A DNA stretch of 64,000 nt, from NCBI RefSeq assembly GCF_009914755.1, contig NC_060936.1; one strand, given 5' to 3'. Numbering within the stretch: the stretch's first letter is position 1; each line of letters begins with the position of its first letter. The notes under the pieces were generated by a model. It was not told the origin of the DNA and ran no database searches. It worked only from the letters and a program-made list of their open reading frames with translations. This DNA is from the human T2T-CHM13v2.0 reference genome, Homo sapiens. Made by a program: the position numbers and the translations under genes. This document shows positions 12,933 to 28,535 of the stretch, one piece after another.

Positions 12933-14217
12933 ATTCAGTCCCACTAGAGTGTAGGCGTAATGATATAGTTAGTTTAGATCCTGGTACAATATCTGTTTCT
13001 CATGGGGGCTGGTTACAAACATGTCACAGTCCATAGACCACATTTTGAGTAACATTGGAAATGGAAGTAAAAGGCCTATATTTTGTAGGATGAAAGTGAG
13101 GACTTTGCTCATCTGGAATAAGTCTTTATTTCTTCCACCTAGAACAGTGCCAGACAAATAGTAGTTACATAATAAAAATTTCAAATAAATTAACATTCTT
13201 GAAAAAAATAGTATTGGCTATAATTAAGAATCATGGAGTTTAAGCTTGTAAAGAGTTGGAGAGGTTCCTCTAGCCCTAGCCCTGACCTGCCATTTTTTAG
13301 ATAAAGAAACATGGTAGTTGGAAGATTTCTGAAGAAGGTAATCATTGAATTGGACTCCAAGGAACATGGAGACTCAGGTGAGGAGAAGGACATTGGACTT
13401 AGGGGAAAGGCCTTTGCAAAGGCATCGAGGAATATGATCGTAGTGTGCCTGGAGGATTTTGAGGTGACTTCATTGACTGGAATGAAGCCTGTGTCTGACA
13501 GAATAGTGGAAATTAAACTTGGGTTAGACAGTGAATTCGAGCTTTAAAGTTAGTAAAGTATTTTGACTTATCTCATTACATCCTTGATAAAGTGATGTTA
13601 TCTCCACATTTACAGAAACGCCAGTTGAAGTGTGGGGATGTTAAACATTTTGCCTAAGATCTCAGTTAGGTGTAGAACTGGGACTTGAAATGGAGATTTC
13701 TGGCCTTCCAGCTTGTTGTTCTTTCCATGGTGTCATTATTTCCTCATTTATTACAGATGCTGTACACTAACAATGAAACTCGAACTTGATCTCTTAGGGA
13801 GCCATTTAGGTTCCTAAGCAAGAGAGTGAAAGAAGTTTTAAGGAAGATCATATAGAGTCATAGAGCCATGAGCCACTTATCATATCTTGCCTGTTACCTT
13901 TATTTATCACATGAATGAATGGAGACCTAGAGATGTTCAGTGTAGTTTATCAGTGGAAGAGTTTTCTGATCAGTTTATGATCTTTTTTTTGTACTATGCC
14001 TTCATGTCTGATTAATCTGAAGGATTGAATTAGAAGGGGACACCCGAAAGGGATCATTACCAAGTTTTATCTGATGTGTCAGCTCTGATTAGTTGGTAGT
14101 ATCTTAATATCTGCTTGGGATGCTGAGTGAGAGAATATTTCTGAAGCTATGTTTAGGCTCAGGAGAGAGTGCAAGAGCACGGAAAGAGCACTGGAGTGCC
14201 ATTTATCATCCTTGGAC

Positions 14218-14370
14218 TAGGGTTGCCAGATTTAGCAGATAAAAATATGAATAATTTTTTAGTATAAGTTTGTATCAAATAATTCATTGACTTGCTTATA
14301 CTAAAGTCATTTATTGTGTATTTGAAGTTCAAATTTAACTGGATGTCCTGTATTTTATGGGGCAATCCCA
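14218..14370. mobile_element. MER53 palindromic hAT MITE
   Basis: TAGGGTTGCCAGAT ... GGCAATCC termini; inner TTTAGTATAAG / CTTATACTAAA arms. Confidence 0.75.
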
Positions 14371-14711
14371 TCCTGGGATTGTGTGTGGGGGAACCTGGCT
14401 GCAAAGCTATTGGAGTCATCAAGTTGCTGATAGATGGAACCTGTATTGAGCTGGTAGCACTAGAAATACAGTGGAAAATGTCAGCATTTCTAAGATAATA
14501 AATTGAATATATCAAATAAGAGAAAAGAAATGGCTAATTCCGAATGTTGTGAGACATGGCTACTGTGAGCATAGGGGGTTTTGTTGAAGGGAATTGATGC
14601 ATTTGGGTAGGAAATATGAAGGCTTTACTTAATAGACAGTTGAATCTAGTTTTAGTAGAAAAATTAGATGAAGATGTGATATGATACCATTTAGAAAATC
14701 TGTACATAACA

Positions 14712-14824
14712 CAGATTGAAAATCTGAAATGCTCCAGTGAGTGTTTCCTTTGAGTGTTATGTCAGTGCTCAAAAAGTTAAGGATTTTGGATTTTGAATTT
14801 GCAGATTAGGGATACTCAACCTAT
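14712..14824. mobile_element. Tigger4a/MER46-like fragment
   Basis: AAAATCTGAAATGCTCCAGTGAG...GATTAGGGATACTCAACCTATA. Confidence 0.7.
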
Positions 14825-15441
14825 AAATGTTCATACTGATGACATAGAAACATTTTTGGGATGATATACACTAAAATATTGAATGTTCTCTGGTTGTAAT
14901 TTTACAACCAATTTTTTTCTCATCTATATTAAAAAATAATAAATAGTATTACATTTGTAATAAAGAATTTTGTTGTTTATTTGTTGTTGGGGGTGGTGCG
15001 GTGGTAGTTTTTAAAAAGTTTTGAGGTGAGGAAGTTTGGAGTACTTGAAAGAAAAAGTAGTATTTTCATAATTCGGTTGAGAAAGCGCTGCTTTTATTCC
15101 AGAATGGAGTACTATGGTTGGGAGAAGGGAAGAGCTTCAGTGGCATATCTCAGATGGCCACGAGAAGGTTTATTTGGGAATGGAAAAGAATAGGGAGCTT
15201 TCTGTGTTTAAGAACGATGAGGGAAGTGTTGAGATTTTGGAACAATCTGATTTTTTGTTTGTTTGTTTTTAGATTTATTTGGTCTGTCTGTTCTGCATAT
15301 TCAACCCTATAACTTTTGTGTTTCTTTACTTCCCACCCACCCCTGCCAATTTACGAGTTTTGCCCCAAAATAACTTGCTATTAATTTTTGGTTTTGTAGA
15401 TTTTATAACCTGACTTTAGGAATGCCATACTTTGCTTGTAG

Positions 15442-15619
15442 GTCAATTATAGCTTCTATTCATGGACTCAAACAATGATGACCACAAACAAACCATGGAA
15501 ATTTTCTTCGGTTAGAGTTCTGGTTGTGGATGAAGGGAGTTTGGTATCTGTAGGAATCTTCAAATCGGTCTTAAATTTATTGTGTGAGCACTCCAAACTT
15601 TCTAAGCTTATTATCCTTG
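15442..15619 (+). CDS. HELB: HELB exon 5 (Walker B)
   Basis: Acceptor cttgtag|, donor G|GTAAGT. Encodes VNYSF...VVDEGS...LIIL. Confidence 0.97.
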
Positions 15620-16697
15620 GTAAGTTAAAATATTGTTGGAATTCTGATGTTTATTTCAAAGTATTGTGGTTAGTTGGTTGTTTACACCATTTAGTTGGTT
15701 GTTTACACCAGAATTGATACCAAAGCTACACGAAGATACCAAAGCTACATGAAATTAAATCTGACCACTCTCCTAATCAGCTTGGGTTGTTTTGTTTTGG
15801 CCAGGATATTAGCTGGCTGGGATGTGAATGAAATAGGGTTGTTAAGGGCTACTGCTAATCACCTAAATGATGGCTATTAAAATAGTAAAAGTGCCACAGA
15901 TTCAGAGTAAATCAGGATGTGAATCATTTGGAAATGATAAAAAGTTTGAATTATAGGCCACTTAAAAGTAATTTCATAATGCTAAGCTAATAAATCAGAC
16001 CTCACCAGCCTCTTAAGTCCTTCCAATTCTGATAAGATTCAGTTAGATTCTCTTGGGTAGTCATGCTCTGTAGACCATATGATTTAATGGAGAAAAAAAT
16101 AAAATCACAATTGGAGAATCAAGTTGTATATAAAAATTATTATTTTTTTAGGTATTTGAGGATGTCTTTTAAGCAGTTGATTGTATTAATGGCTTAAGCC
16201 TTCTCTCTGCTTCCCCCAGTACATGTTTTTCTTATATTTAGGGCTTATTTGTTGCATGCAAAAAATATTTTTAATAGAGCAGAACATCACTATTAGATTA
16301 CTGGAACGTATCTGTTATCAAATGCATTTATTTATTTGTTTTATATTTTGTACACTTATTTTATCTATTTGAGGCTGTAGATTCTTCCACTTTCAGTAAG
16401 ACATTGAACATGATTGAAAAAGGGACTAACTACAAATGTCTAAGGCCTGTTTTTTTTTTTCCCTAATATGTTGACTAAAACATATGCCTGTACCCAGTTT
16501 CCCTGTGGTTATAGGTATGAAAGATGTTCTATTTAGATTTTGTCACCTTATTGTGTTATTACTATTTTTATATCTTTTACTGTTTAAATGTTGTTTTTTG
16601 TAAGGTATTTAACTTTAAACTGTTAAATAATTTTAAACAATCTTGGGGGTATTTTTTCTCAGAGTAAGTCTTGCTACTGTATCTTTTTTTCTTTTAG

Positions 16698-16839
16698 GTG
16701 ACATTAGACAGTTACCCAGTATTGAACCTGGTAACTTGCTGAAAGATCTTTTTGAGACTCTTAAGTCAAGAAATTGTGCTATTGAGCTAAAGACAAACCA
16801 TAGAGCAGAATCTCAGCTCATTGTGGACAATGCTACAAG
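16698..16839 (+). CDS. HELB: HELB exon 6 (motif III)
   Basis: Acceptor cttttag|, donor AG|GTATAA. Encodes [12 protein letters not shown]...DNAT. Confidence 0.96.
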
Positions 16840-17433
16840 GTATAATATTACTAAGAGTTTGCATTTTCTGTCTGTTGTATTAGAAATTTAAAAAATGGCC
16901 TTTGAATTAGAATGATTTAGTACAATACATTAACTACACCTTTTAGCAAAACTCTTCCATCCTTCAACTATAAACCTTTTGCCCTACAGTTAGAAAAGCA
17001 AAGTTAATGTTTTTCATTACTGGTCCAGTATAAGTTATTATTGAAATTTAAAAATGGATGAGGTTTCCTGATTTTAAAAGTATGTATATGAATTAAAATT
17101 GTATTAAGCTTAAGGACTAGAATAAGCCCAAGGGGAATGGAGATTTGGAAATAAGTTCATTTACGTGCAAGGGAGAATTGGGGAAGAAATATCCCCTAAT
17201 TTTTGTGGGAGAAAGCTGAAGGCAAAATAATTGAATGTGGTATTTCACTCCTAGATGAATCCTAGAGGCACCCATGGCATCTTACTTCCCTTAAATAGAA
17301 AAGAACCCTTCTCTTCCCTTCGTCTTTGCATAAGCCTTTGGAGTTATCCTCTGTCAGCTCAGACATTTGGTTTCTCCATAATCCACACATATGAAAATCA
17401 CAATCATTATTATTTCATGACTTTTTTTTAATA

Positions 17434-17778
17434 CAGTCATGCGCCACATAATGTTTGGTCAACAACAGAGCACATCTATGACAGTGGTGCCATAAGATTA
17501 TAAAACTATAATTTTACTGTACCTTTTCTATGTTTAAATATGTTTACATACACACAAATACTTACCATTGTGTTACAGTTGGGTACAGCACTTGGTACAG
17601 TAGCATGCTGTGCAGGTTTGTAGCCTAGGAGCAATAGGCTGTACTATATAGCCTAGATGTATAGTAGGCTATACCATCCAGGTTTGTGTAAGTACACTCT
17701 ATGCTATTCACACGACGATGAACATTGCCAAATGATGCTTTTCTCAAAACATATCCCTATCATTAATCGATGTGACTG
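17434..17778. mobile_element. Tigger3a/MER7 element
   Basis: TA|CAGTCATG...TGTGACTG|TA inverted termini with TA duplication; characteristic GGTTTGTAGCCTAGGAGCAATAGGCT core. Confidence 0.85.
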
Positions 17779-17922
17779 TATTAAAATCTCTAGATATAAT
17801 GGGACCTTTGAATACTGAGTCTATGTTAGTCATTGTACCAAAATGTATATCTGGTTTTTACTCTTTTTTACAAAATGTTTTGTTGCTTGAACATCTCCTA
17901 AGTAGGATGTAGCAGAAACTAG

Positions 17923-18762
<840 letters not shown>

Positions 18763-19867
18763 AACTAGAATTTTCAAAACCTACTTTCTCTAAGCCTCTG
18801 TCTACCTTGGACAAAATTGTGGGAGTAGAGGAGGAATTGACAGGAATAGGGTAGACAGTGTGGGTTCATATTAAGACATTAAGAAAACTAATGGAGTTGG
18901 ATGTAGAATAATCTTTTCCTGTAATCTTTCTGCTTCTACCTAAAGACCACCCCATTTTTGGTAGACGATTAGTCATTTTAAAGTCCAAGAAACGTGGAGG
19001 AATCTGAAGCATATTAGCTTTCTCAGAACTCAATTTTATCTGAAACTCAGGAATTCCTTTTAGTAACTTTTTCAATATCATTTGGTTCTAGCTGTGCTCC
19101 TTTCATCATTTCATCTTAATCATAATCCTCAAGTATTTATTGACTATGAAGGATCCCTGCTATATACCAGGGAAACGGTCCTGGAGATAGAAGGTGCTAC
19201 ATGCCTTGGGTCAGAAGCAAAACAGGAAATCTATGATGATTCTTCAGGTCCCAATTAAATCTGGGCTATCGCCAGCAAGAACAGCCTCATTCCCTCTCTG
19301 TTCCTTTCCACTTTTGTTTGGGAAAAGGTGAAGAAGACACAGTAGGGTACCACCACCTCTGATAACCAGGCTGCTGTTAGTTCTGTTCGAGGAGTCAATC
19401 TTCTTCCAAATAACCATACCTTACTCTGTTTTCTGATATGATTTGCTAGCCTCGGAAAATATAAGAATGAAAGAAGGATGAGGAAGGAATAGAAGCAACT
19501 AGATGTGGATACTTGGTTCAGTTGGGAAAGTGGGATTATATGTAGAATATACAGAGAAGAAAGGAGAAGAATATAATGTAAACATATGGAAAAGGCCTGA
19601 ACCAGTTCAAATTAATTTATATAGAAAGGGGTATGGAGTCAAATGCGCCTATTTGCCTCCCAATTCTCCTGTTTTCTATTATTGTGGCCTTGGGCAACCC
19701 ACTATACTTGACTAAACCTCACATTGTTTACCTGTGAAAAAAGGATAATACCTTCCTTGCATGGTTCTTTTGTGGTCTGGAGATAAATAGACCAGGTTTT
19801 CAGAATGGTGCCTAGTAAATCCTCTGATAATTTTTTTTTCCTGATCCTTTTAGTTTGCTAAGGACTG

Positions 19868-19919
19868 ATTGCTAATGTGTAGTACCATAAGTTATTGCTA
19901 ATGTGTAGTACCATAAGTT
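19868..19919. repeat. Perfect 26-bp tandem duplication
   Basis: ATTGCTAATGTGTAGTACCATAAGTT x2. Confidence 0.95.
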
Positions 19920-20093
19920 TATTGTCTTCTATTATAAAACTCATTTACTATTTATAATGCATACCTGGATGACCTTTTCTCTCTGTTATCTATTAATAGA
20001 TACTAATTATTATAAGGACATTAGCTCTGATCATATATGAAGACATTTTTGGATGATAATGTTCTTTGTGTGTGTGTGTTATCTTTATTCAAG

Positions 20094-20248
20094 AATCTCA
20101 AGACGCCAATTTCCAAAATTTGATGCAGAACTAAATATCTCTGATAATCCAACATTACCCATCTCAATTCAAGATAAGACATTTATTTTTGTCAGGCTCC
20201 CAGAAGAGGATGCCAGTTCTCAGTCATCTAAAACTAATCATCACTCTT
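20094..20248 (+). CDS. HELB: HELB exon 7
   Basis: Acceptor ttattcaag|, donor T|GTAAGT. Encodes ISRRQFPKF...NHHS. Confidence 0.95.
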
Positions 20249-23200
20249 GTAAGTATAAACTTCTATGAGATGTAGAGTTAAGTATAACTATTTAAGTTTT
20301 GTAACATAGTTATTAAATGACTAGTTACAATTTTCTTTAATGGTAAAGAGAAATATTGCTAGCAAAAAAAGAGACATTGAAAATAAATGAACTTAGTAAT
20401 CATCAAAAGCAGAATACTCTAGAATTTGGTAAAGAAGTAAGCTCTTGACACATAAATGCTCAGTAAATTTTGTTGATTGAATAGATGGATGTAGATGATT
20501 TTGTTTAAAATAAAGCAAAGCCCCAATAATTCAGGTTCATTTAGGACAAAGCAAGTCTTAATTAATGAAGTTTTTCCTTCCTTGCTATTTGAAAAGCAGA
20601 TACATTTATTTTGAATACAAATACTCAATGCTAATAAAGGCAAATACTTTTATTTTGTTTCTGAAACAAAAATTGTGACTGTCAAACTGTTGCCAAGTTT
20701 AATTCCTAATAGTTCTGTTTTATAAAATGGGTAAACGCATGGCTTCTTATTATGGATGTTAGGATGACAATAGGACAGGGTTGAGAAAGAGTGTGGGACA
20801 GGAAATCTTCTCCTTTATGTATATGACCTGTGTCATGTCACTTAACCATTTGTAAAATGGGAACCATAGTGGAACTCCCTGTGGAGCTATTACGAGGGTT
20901 GAGGGCATTCATCAGTGTGAGACACTCTATAAATGTCAGTTTGTTGTGACTAATAGATGTTATTAAATTAGCTATTGCAAGTGAATTTATTTAAATAGAT
21001 TGAACTTATCTGTTGATCTTTATTTTCATTATAAACTCACCTAGCAAACCTTTTAAAAATGGTGTAATGGTTTTCTCAAAATTGAATTAGTAAAGGTTTA
21101 AACTATTATTACTGAGGACTTTTTGTAGTTGCCACTGTTCTCAAAGGTATATCCTTCCCACTTAACCACTTTCACTGTGTATGTGAAAGTAATGATATAC
21201 AACTTCATCTGTCAGCCTTTTCCCCTTAGTGTGTGTCCCCAGTCTCACTTCCCGTGGGTTAGTGATCATTTACATGTTACAACAATGTATTTAAATAAAT
21301 GCGATCATACATAGTGTTCTATAATGTGCTTTTTTGGTTTTTTTTGTTTATTGTAGAAACTTTTTTTTTCTATTTTTCATTCAGCAAATACTTATTGAAC
21401 TCCTGTTATATACTAGATACAATACAATAGATAAAGCAGAGGAAAAGATTAAAAAAAAATTGTCCCTGAGGTTATTGTGCTTTCATTCTAGTGTGGGAAA
21501 CAGATAATTAAAAAGTGAACAAATATATTTTCAAACATCAGAGTACAAAGAATCAAGTAAACTTAACTAAATACTTACCAGTGACTGATTAAATTTGTTG
21601 CAAGATTGCTTTAGATTGTGGGGGCCAATGATTTGAGAAACAATTTATACTCTTTAAAAAAAAAAGTCAATGATACAGGAATGTTTGAAGTAAGAATTAA
21701 TGTTCCCTGGTAATTTTCCTTTCTCTTCTTCCCCCAGGACAATCCCATTAAGGTCACACACATAGTAAAAGCTTGGTGTTTATCCTTTTAACCTTATTAT
21801 ATCCATATACAATCATATTTATTTCAGTTTTACATAAATTGGTTTATAAGCTGCATATTGTTTTGTGACTTAGAAATGTATGTTAAATAATTAATAGCTA
21901 ATGTTTCTTTTCACAGCTTAGTTAATAGTAGGTCCTATTTACAGGTGAGGAAAATGAGACTTAGTTAAATAGATCTCTTTCTTTGCCACTTCACTTAATT
22001 CTACCTAAAATATTGTTGGTTTTATTTCTGGTACCCATTCTTTGCATTAATGAGAATGTACTTTTAAAAAAAATTGTCCATTTTAGACTGGTAGCAGAGC
22101 TTACCTGATACTGCTTTTCTAAATTAAAAACTTCTGCTGGAAAATTAGTCTCTTCTTCAAGGAAATTGAGTAAATATTCCTTAGGAAGCATATAGTACTT
22201 TTTCACTAATTATTAAGTTATTAAGTAAATTATGCCCATTATTACAAAGTACTAAGACCTAAGACAGGATTCATATTTGGGCTAGAATTTCAGAGTTGCT
22301 AAAATGTGAGAAAAATGTATATCTTAGAATCAATAAAATACGTTGTACATATTGATCTGCAAGATGTGGGGAAAGTGAAAAAAGGTATGGAACAGTGCCA
22401 TCCTGTACATGTTAAAAAGAACAGTATGCTGGGAGACCTTTGGAAATTCCTGTTCCGGAAGCCAGGGGTTGGTTGAGGGTGAGCTGAGTCTTGGCTGTTT
22501 TCTAGCGGTAATCTTCCCTTCATCTGAAAAATGAAGGGCTCAGCAGGCAGCTAAGTTTGTCTTCCCAGAGCAGGGCATCACAAGGCATGGGCTTTTTCAT
22601 TCCCTTGTGATTCATCTGCTATTAGGGAAACATACATGGGAAAATGCTTGTACTTCCATGAGCCTTAGTTTTCACATTCATAATATGGATGTCATCAGAA
22701 GTCAGACTACCCAATGGCTGTAGGGCATGAGCACCATTGGAATGGATGCCCCCGCTATGCCAGGGTTAACCTTTTAGTTGCTAGATCATGGGGAGGTCTG
22801 GGGAGAAGGAAAGAGATGGTTGGGGTGGGGAGTAGAGCATTGTGTTGTTAGGGGAGTGGCTGTTTTCCAGCTAATATGGAAGTATTGCTATGTTTTATAC
22901 AAGTGTGTGCCAGTTGAATATCAGCTCTGAATATAAGAGCACCTACCACATGTGGGTGTCCTGCATATTAAGTGATATAACATATAAGGCCTGTATATTG
23001 TCAAGTTCTAACTGATTACTAACATGATCACAAGGACTTAAAACAGGAAGTTTTACATTAGTCATGCTGTTACACACTTTGTACTCTTGTTTATTTCTTA
23101 AATTCAGTGTTCATAAACCATCAGCAAATACACAGTGAGTCTATTACAAATGGGGAACTGTCCTGGCCAGGGGTTGACCTCTCTGTTGAGGGTGGGTTGT

Positions 23201-23403
23201 CTTGGAACCCTTCTTTCCATTCTCTTTCCTATTGCCCTGGCTGATGTGGGGAATGAGGTTGACATTCCCATGGTGAACTTGTATTCCATTTGGTGAGATA
23301 TTTTCCCAGGGCCCTTAGCAGGAATCCCAGATTAGTTTCTTCATAGAAATTGTGTTATAATTTGGTGATTTGCTGTGTTAACTTTTTTCTCTTGAATTAT
23401 TAG

Positions 23404-23485
23404 GTTTATATTCTGCAGTTAAAACTTTACTACAAGAAAATAACTTACAAAATGCAAAAACATCACAATTTATTGCATTTAGAAG
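23404..23485 (+). CDS. HELB: HELB exon 8
   Basis: Acceptor ttattag|, donor AG|GTAAAG. Encodes CLYSAVK...FIAFR. Too short for the ORF track. Confidence 0.93.
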
Positions 23486-23736
23486 GTAAAGCATTTATAA
23501 TATTTTAATGTTTTTAATCTAGCTTTTAAATCTCATAACTTATTAATATAGATCCTGTTTGGATGGGAGATTCCAATATTTCATCACTGTTAATTCTCTT
23601 TCTTATTTTGGGGTATGTCTTTGTTAGACATGGCAGAGGGCGCTTTCTAAACAGAGCTCTTTCCACCAAGTATTATATTTAGAAGCTCATAGGGACTCTG
23701 AATGGAACAAAAGCTTATGCTAAGATAAAAAATACA

Positions 23737-24056
<320 letters not shown>

Positions 24057-24178
24057 CTATTTCCTGGAGAAAGTCTTGGAAACGTTTTGTAGAATCTAGT
24101 ATGTCATAATTGCTGATAACAAAAGTAAACCTGTAGCAGAGACCATTAAGGTGACCCCTGCATTTTCGTGTGTTTCAG

Positions 24179-24238
24179 GCAAGACTGTGATCTAATTAAT
24201 GACTGCTGCTGCAAACACTACACAGGCCACCTCACCAA
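24179..24238 (+). CDS. HELB: HELB exon 9
   Basis: Acceptor tgtttcag|, donor AA|GTGAGT. Encodes [20 protein letters not shown]. Confidence 0.94.
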
Positions 24239-25437
24239 GTGAGTGTCTTCGAGAACTGAAACTTTTAAGGACAGTCCTTCTTCGATTTGCTGGTTTTTTT
24301 TTTTGCTTTGATGTTTGTCACCTATTTACATATATTCCCAAAATAGTTTTTTTTCCCATTTGTGAAATAGAATGATCTCTTCAATTAAATACAATATATG
24401 AATACATCCTTGGGAATTGACATTTTAGTAATGAGTGGAATAAGAAGAAAAATTAGGAGTGAAATTTTTTTGGTTTCAACCTTGGCAGCCTTCAGCTTCT
24501 CCAAGATAAGCATGGGGAGCTCAGGGGAATTTTAAAAATTATGTGTGTAGTGTTTCTGAGAATCTTAGCAACAGGGTGCCTGCAGAGAGCAACTTAGTGA
24601 GTGTCTGTCTATCAGAGAAATATGAGTGTAGACAAGCCACTGTGGTCATACATAGGAAAAATTAATTCATTTCTCTTGAATTGACCAATACCTGCTTTGC
24701 ACTAAGTATAGACATCCTAGATATGTATAAGGTATAGGTGGAGTGCCTGTCTGCTGAGGGAAGTTACACAAAAATCTGTCAGGTAGCCCAACAAGAGGCC
24801 AGAAAGCATGGGCTTGAGGCCATGTACCCAGGGTCCCAGTAACTGTGATGATGGGCCAGGTCGTTTCCCTCTCCCACGTCTATAAAAGCGGGTATGGACA
24901 CAGAATTTCCCTTACCAAGTTGTAGTAAGAATGAAATGAAATAATGTACCTAAAGCAGTTAGCGCAGTAGCTGGCCTATCACCACCACTTCTTCAGTTTG
25001 CTGCTGTTGTACTGATATAGTGCCATAATTATTACAATAGAAATGTGTATAAGTGCTGTAAGACCTCAAATAAGGTAATGATAAGAGAGATTGGAGAGCA
25101 GAGGATTAATTTTAAAGGAAAAAAATCAAAATTTGTGTTAACCTTTAGAATATAAGGGGAAAGAGAGACATCAGCATTTAAGCCAAAATTTCTAACTTGA
25201 AAAAATTTGACTGGGAAATGTCATTGAGTTTGAGACGTTGCAGGGAGTATGTATAAATAATCAGATGACAGCTATGGGAACCTGATTTCTTGTTGCTCAT
25301 TGGAGAATGAAAGTGTTGTAAATAAAATGTGGAAATTATTCTGAAAATTGAAACGAGTCTGAGTAGTAGTTAATGTTTGAACAAGTGAAACGGAGACTTT
25401 CCAAACTTTGATTATATATTATCATTTTCTATCCCAG

Positions 25438-25666
25438 AGACCATCAGAGTAGACTTGTTTTTGGAATTGGTGATAAAATTTGTTGTACCAGGAATGCATA
25501 CCTCTCAGACTTACTACCTGAAAATATCTCTGGAAGTCAGCAAAATAATGATCTAGATGCCAGTAGTGAAGACTTTTCTGGTACGCTTCCTGATTTTGCT
25601 AAAAATAAGCGTGACTTTGAAAGTAACGTTCGACTGTGCAATGGAGAGATATTTTTCATAACAAAT
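25438..25666 (+). CDS. HELB: HELB exon 10
   Basis: Acceptor atcccag|, donor AAT|GTAAGT. Encodes [19 protein letters not shown]...[12 protein letters not shown], with RecD-like GDK and NG motifs. Confidence 0.95.
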
Positions 25667-26437
25667 GTAAGTGAAAACAGAAGATAATATCTTTTAACTA
25701 ATTAGAGATATGTTTGGTTATTTTATTGTCCTAGGATTCATTCAGAATCTAATGATATCAGTTGACATTCTTGTTTCATGATTTTTTGTTAAGGATTTTT
25801 GGCATCCATGTTTATGAAGGATATGGGTAGTTATCTGGTAATGTCCTGTCTGGCTTTAATATCAGGATAATACTGGCCTCAGAAAATGAGTTGGGAAGTG
25901 CTTCTTCTTATATTTTCTAGAAGATTTTATGAAGAAACATTTTTAATAAAATCGAAGTACTTGAGTAACAAAAAACAAGGCATAAATGAGACATAGATTT
26001 TAAAAAGCATCATTTCCTTTGTTGCTGCTTAAATGTAGAAACTATAGAAGTGGTTGCCTTGTATTTGTTCTCACAGTGTAGATACCCTCACTGAAAGCTG
26101 TGAGGAAAAGTAAACTGCAAAGAATCTACTCAGACTTATGTAGTCAATACAAGAAATGAATGTATAGACTTCAAAATAAGAAATAACAGGCTGTTCTTCA
26201 CAGAGTCAAATTGAAGATAAGTTTCAAAGACTGAAAACTTCTATTTGTGTTTATTAAAATATTTAGGTATAGATATATTGTTTGTGCTGAAATGCAAATT
26301 TTAAGCCTTTTGAAATTCTTAATGGTAATTGTAATTCTTATATTTTATGTTTGACCCAAAGATAGAATATCTTTGAACGTATTTGAACGTAGAACATATT
26401 TGAAGGTATGCAAAATAGTTCTTTGGTTTGGTGACAG

Positions 26438-26581
26438 GATGTAACTGATGTAACTTTTGGAAAGAGAAGATCTTTGACCATTAATAATATGGCTGGCCTG
26501 GAAGTAACTGTGGATTTTAAGAAACTAATGAAATATTGTCGCATAAAACATGCATGGGCAAGAACTATTCACACTTTTCAG
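26438..26581 (+). CDS. HELB: HELB exon 11 (start of motif V)
   Basis: Acceptor gtgacag|, donor CAG|GTAAGA. Encodes DVTDV...[11 protein letters not shown]. Confidence 0.95.
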
Positions 26582-27706
26582 GTAAGAGGAGACTTTTATC
26601 AAACCTTTTAAATAATTTACCAACCTTAGAGCGCCTTGCATTGTTTTCGTAAATTTTTGTTGCACTTATTAGCAAACAAAAATTAGGAAACAAAATACAC
26701 AAAAGTACAGAACATAATAGAGAAGACGCCACCCTTTTGCTCTTTTTTGCTCCAGAGCTCTCTTTATTTTTAGAAACAAAGGCATTATAGGTAAAGTCTC
26801 CTCCTTCAGGTCTTCCCCTCCCTGCCTGAGTCTCCAGTATGGCTTGGCATGGCACTGTACTCATCTTATCTTTGGTTAAATTCTGATATTTTGTTCATCA
26901 TGGATCCTTTTGTGCCTTAATTTTGATTTACAAAACTGTTACATTAAAATGTCTTGATTTATCTTGATTGCTGAGTTTCTTGGGAACCCATTAAATTTTG
27001 TACTGGAGGTGAGTTCCTCACTTGCCTTGCCCTAGTCCTGGGTCTGCCTCCCGCCTTCCTCCAAAGTGACTTCTGCCCCGAATTTGGTATATATCACTCC
27101 TATTCATGTAGAAGCAATATATATGATTGTTTTCTGTGTTACTGAGGCTTATGTAAATGGTGTAATCATGTTTCTATACTTTTGCAACTAGCTTTTATTT
27201 TTTATTTTTTGCCTTATCAACTTTGTGGGGTATAATGTGCATACAGTTTCATTATAAAGTTGGTTGAGTTTTGACAAATGTATCCTCTCTCTCCATCTTT
27301 GTGAGGCAACCTTTTATCCCCCCGCCCCCAACTTATGTGGGAATATTGTTAGGTTTACAGAAGAGTTGGAATGATACTACAGAGAGTTTTCATATACCTT
27401 TCACCCAGCTTTCCTTGGTGTTTAACATTTTATAACTATGGCATATTTGTCAAAACTAAGAAATTACTATTGCTGTAAGACTGCTAACTAAACTATGCAT
27501 ATTCGAATTGCACCAGTTTTTCCATTAATGTCCTTTTGCTGTTCTAGGACAGCATATTGAGTTTAGTGCAACTTGCCTTTATGCTTTATTTTAATGCCCT
27601 TGAATTCTCATCTGTTATTAGTGAGTCTCTTATTTATCTCTTTGTTTTGAGCTTCCTTCTCTGCTGTTGGTATGTTGCTTTAATGGAGAGGTTGCATCAA
27701 CCTTCA

Positions 27707-27995
<289 letters not shown>

Positions 27996-28157
27996 CAACC
28001 CTCATTTTTATGCAGAAAAATTTAGGTCAGCCCAAATTTTCTACTAGTAAACAAACATTAATTAGCATAGAGTTTTGTTTTCTTTTTTAAGTGGGTGGGG
28101 CTTTATTTATTAACTTACCCCATCTCGATTCCAAAAAGAATTTGAAATGGCTTATTA

Positions 28158-28535
<378 letters not shown>

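Noticed and set aside
14218-14370. MER53 hairpin as a miR-1302-type microRNA
   Set aside because: The central GGGACATAC core is degenerate here and the left arm is partly deleted; no expression evidence is available.
15670-15753. Short direct repeats as a CRISPR-like array
   Set aside because: Two unrelated two-copy duplications without spacers, in a human intron.
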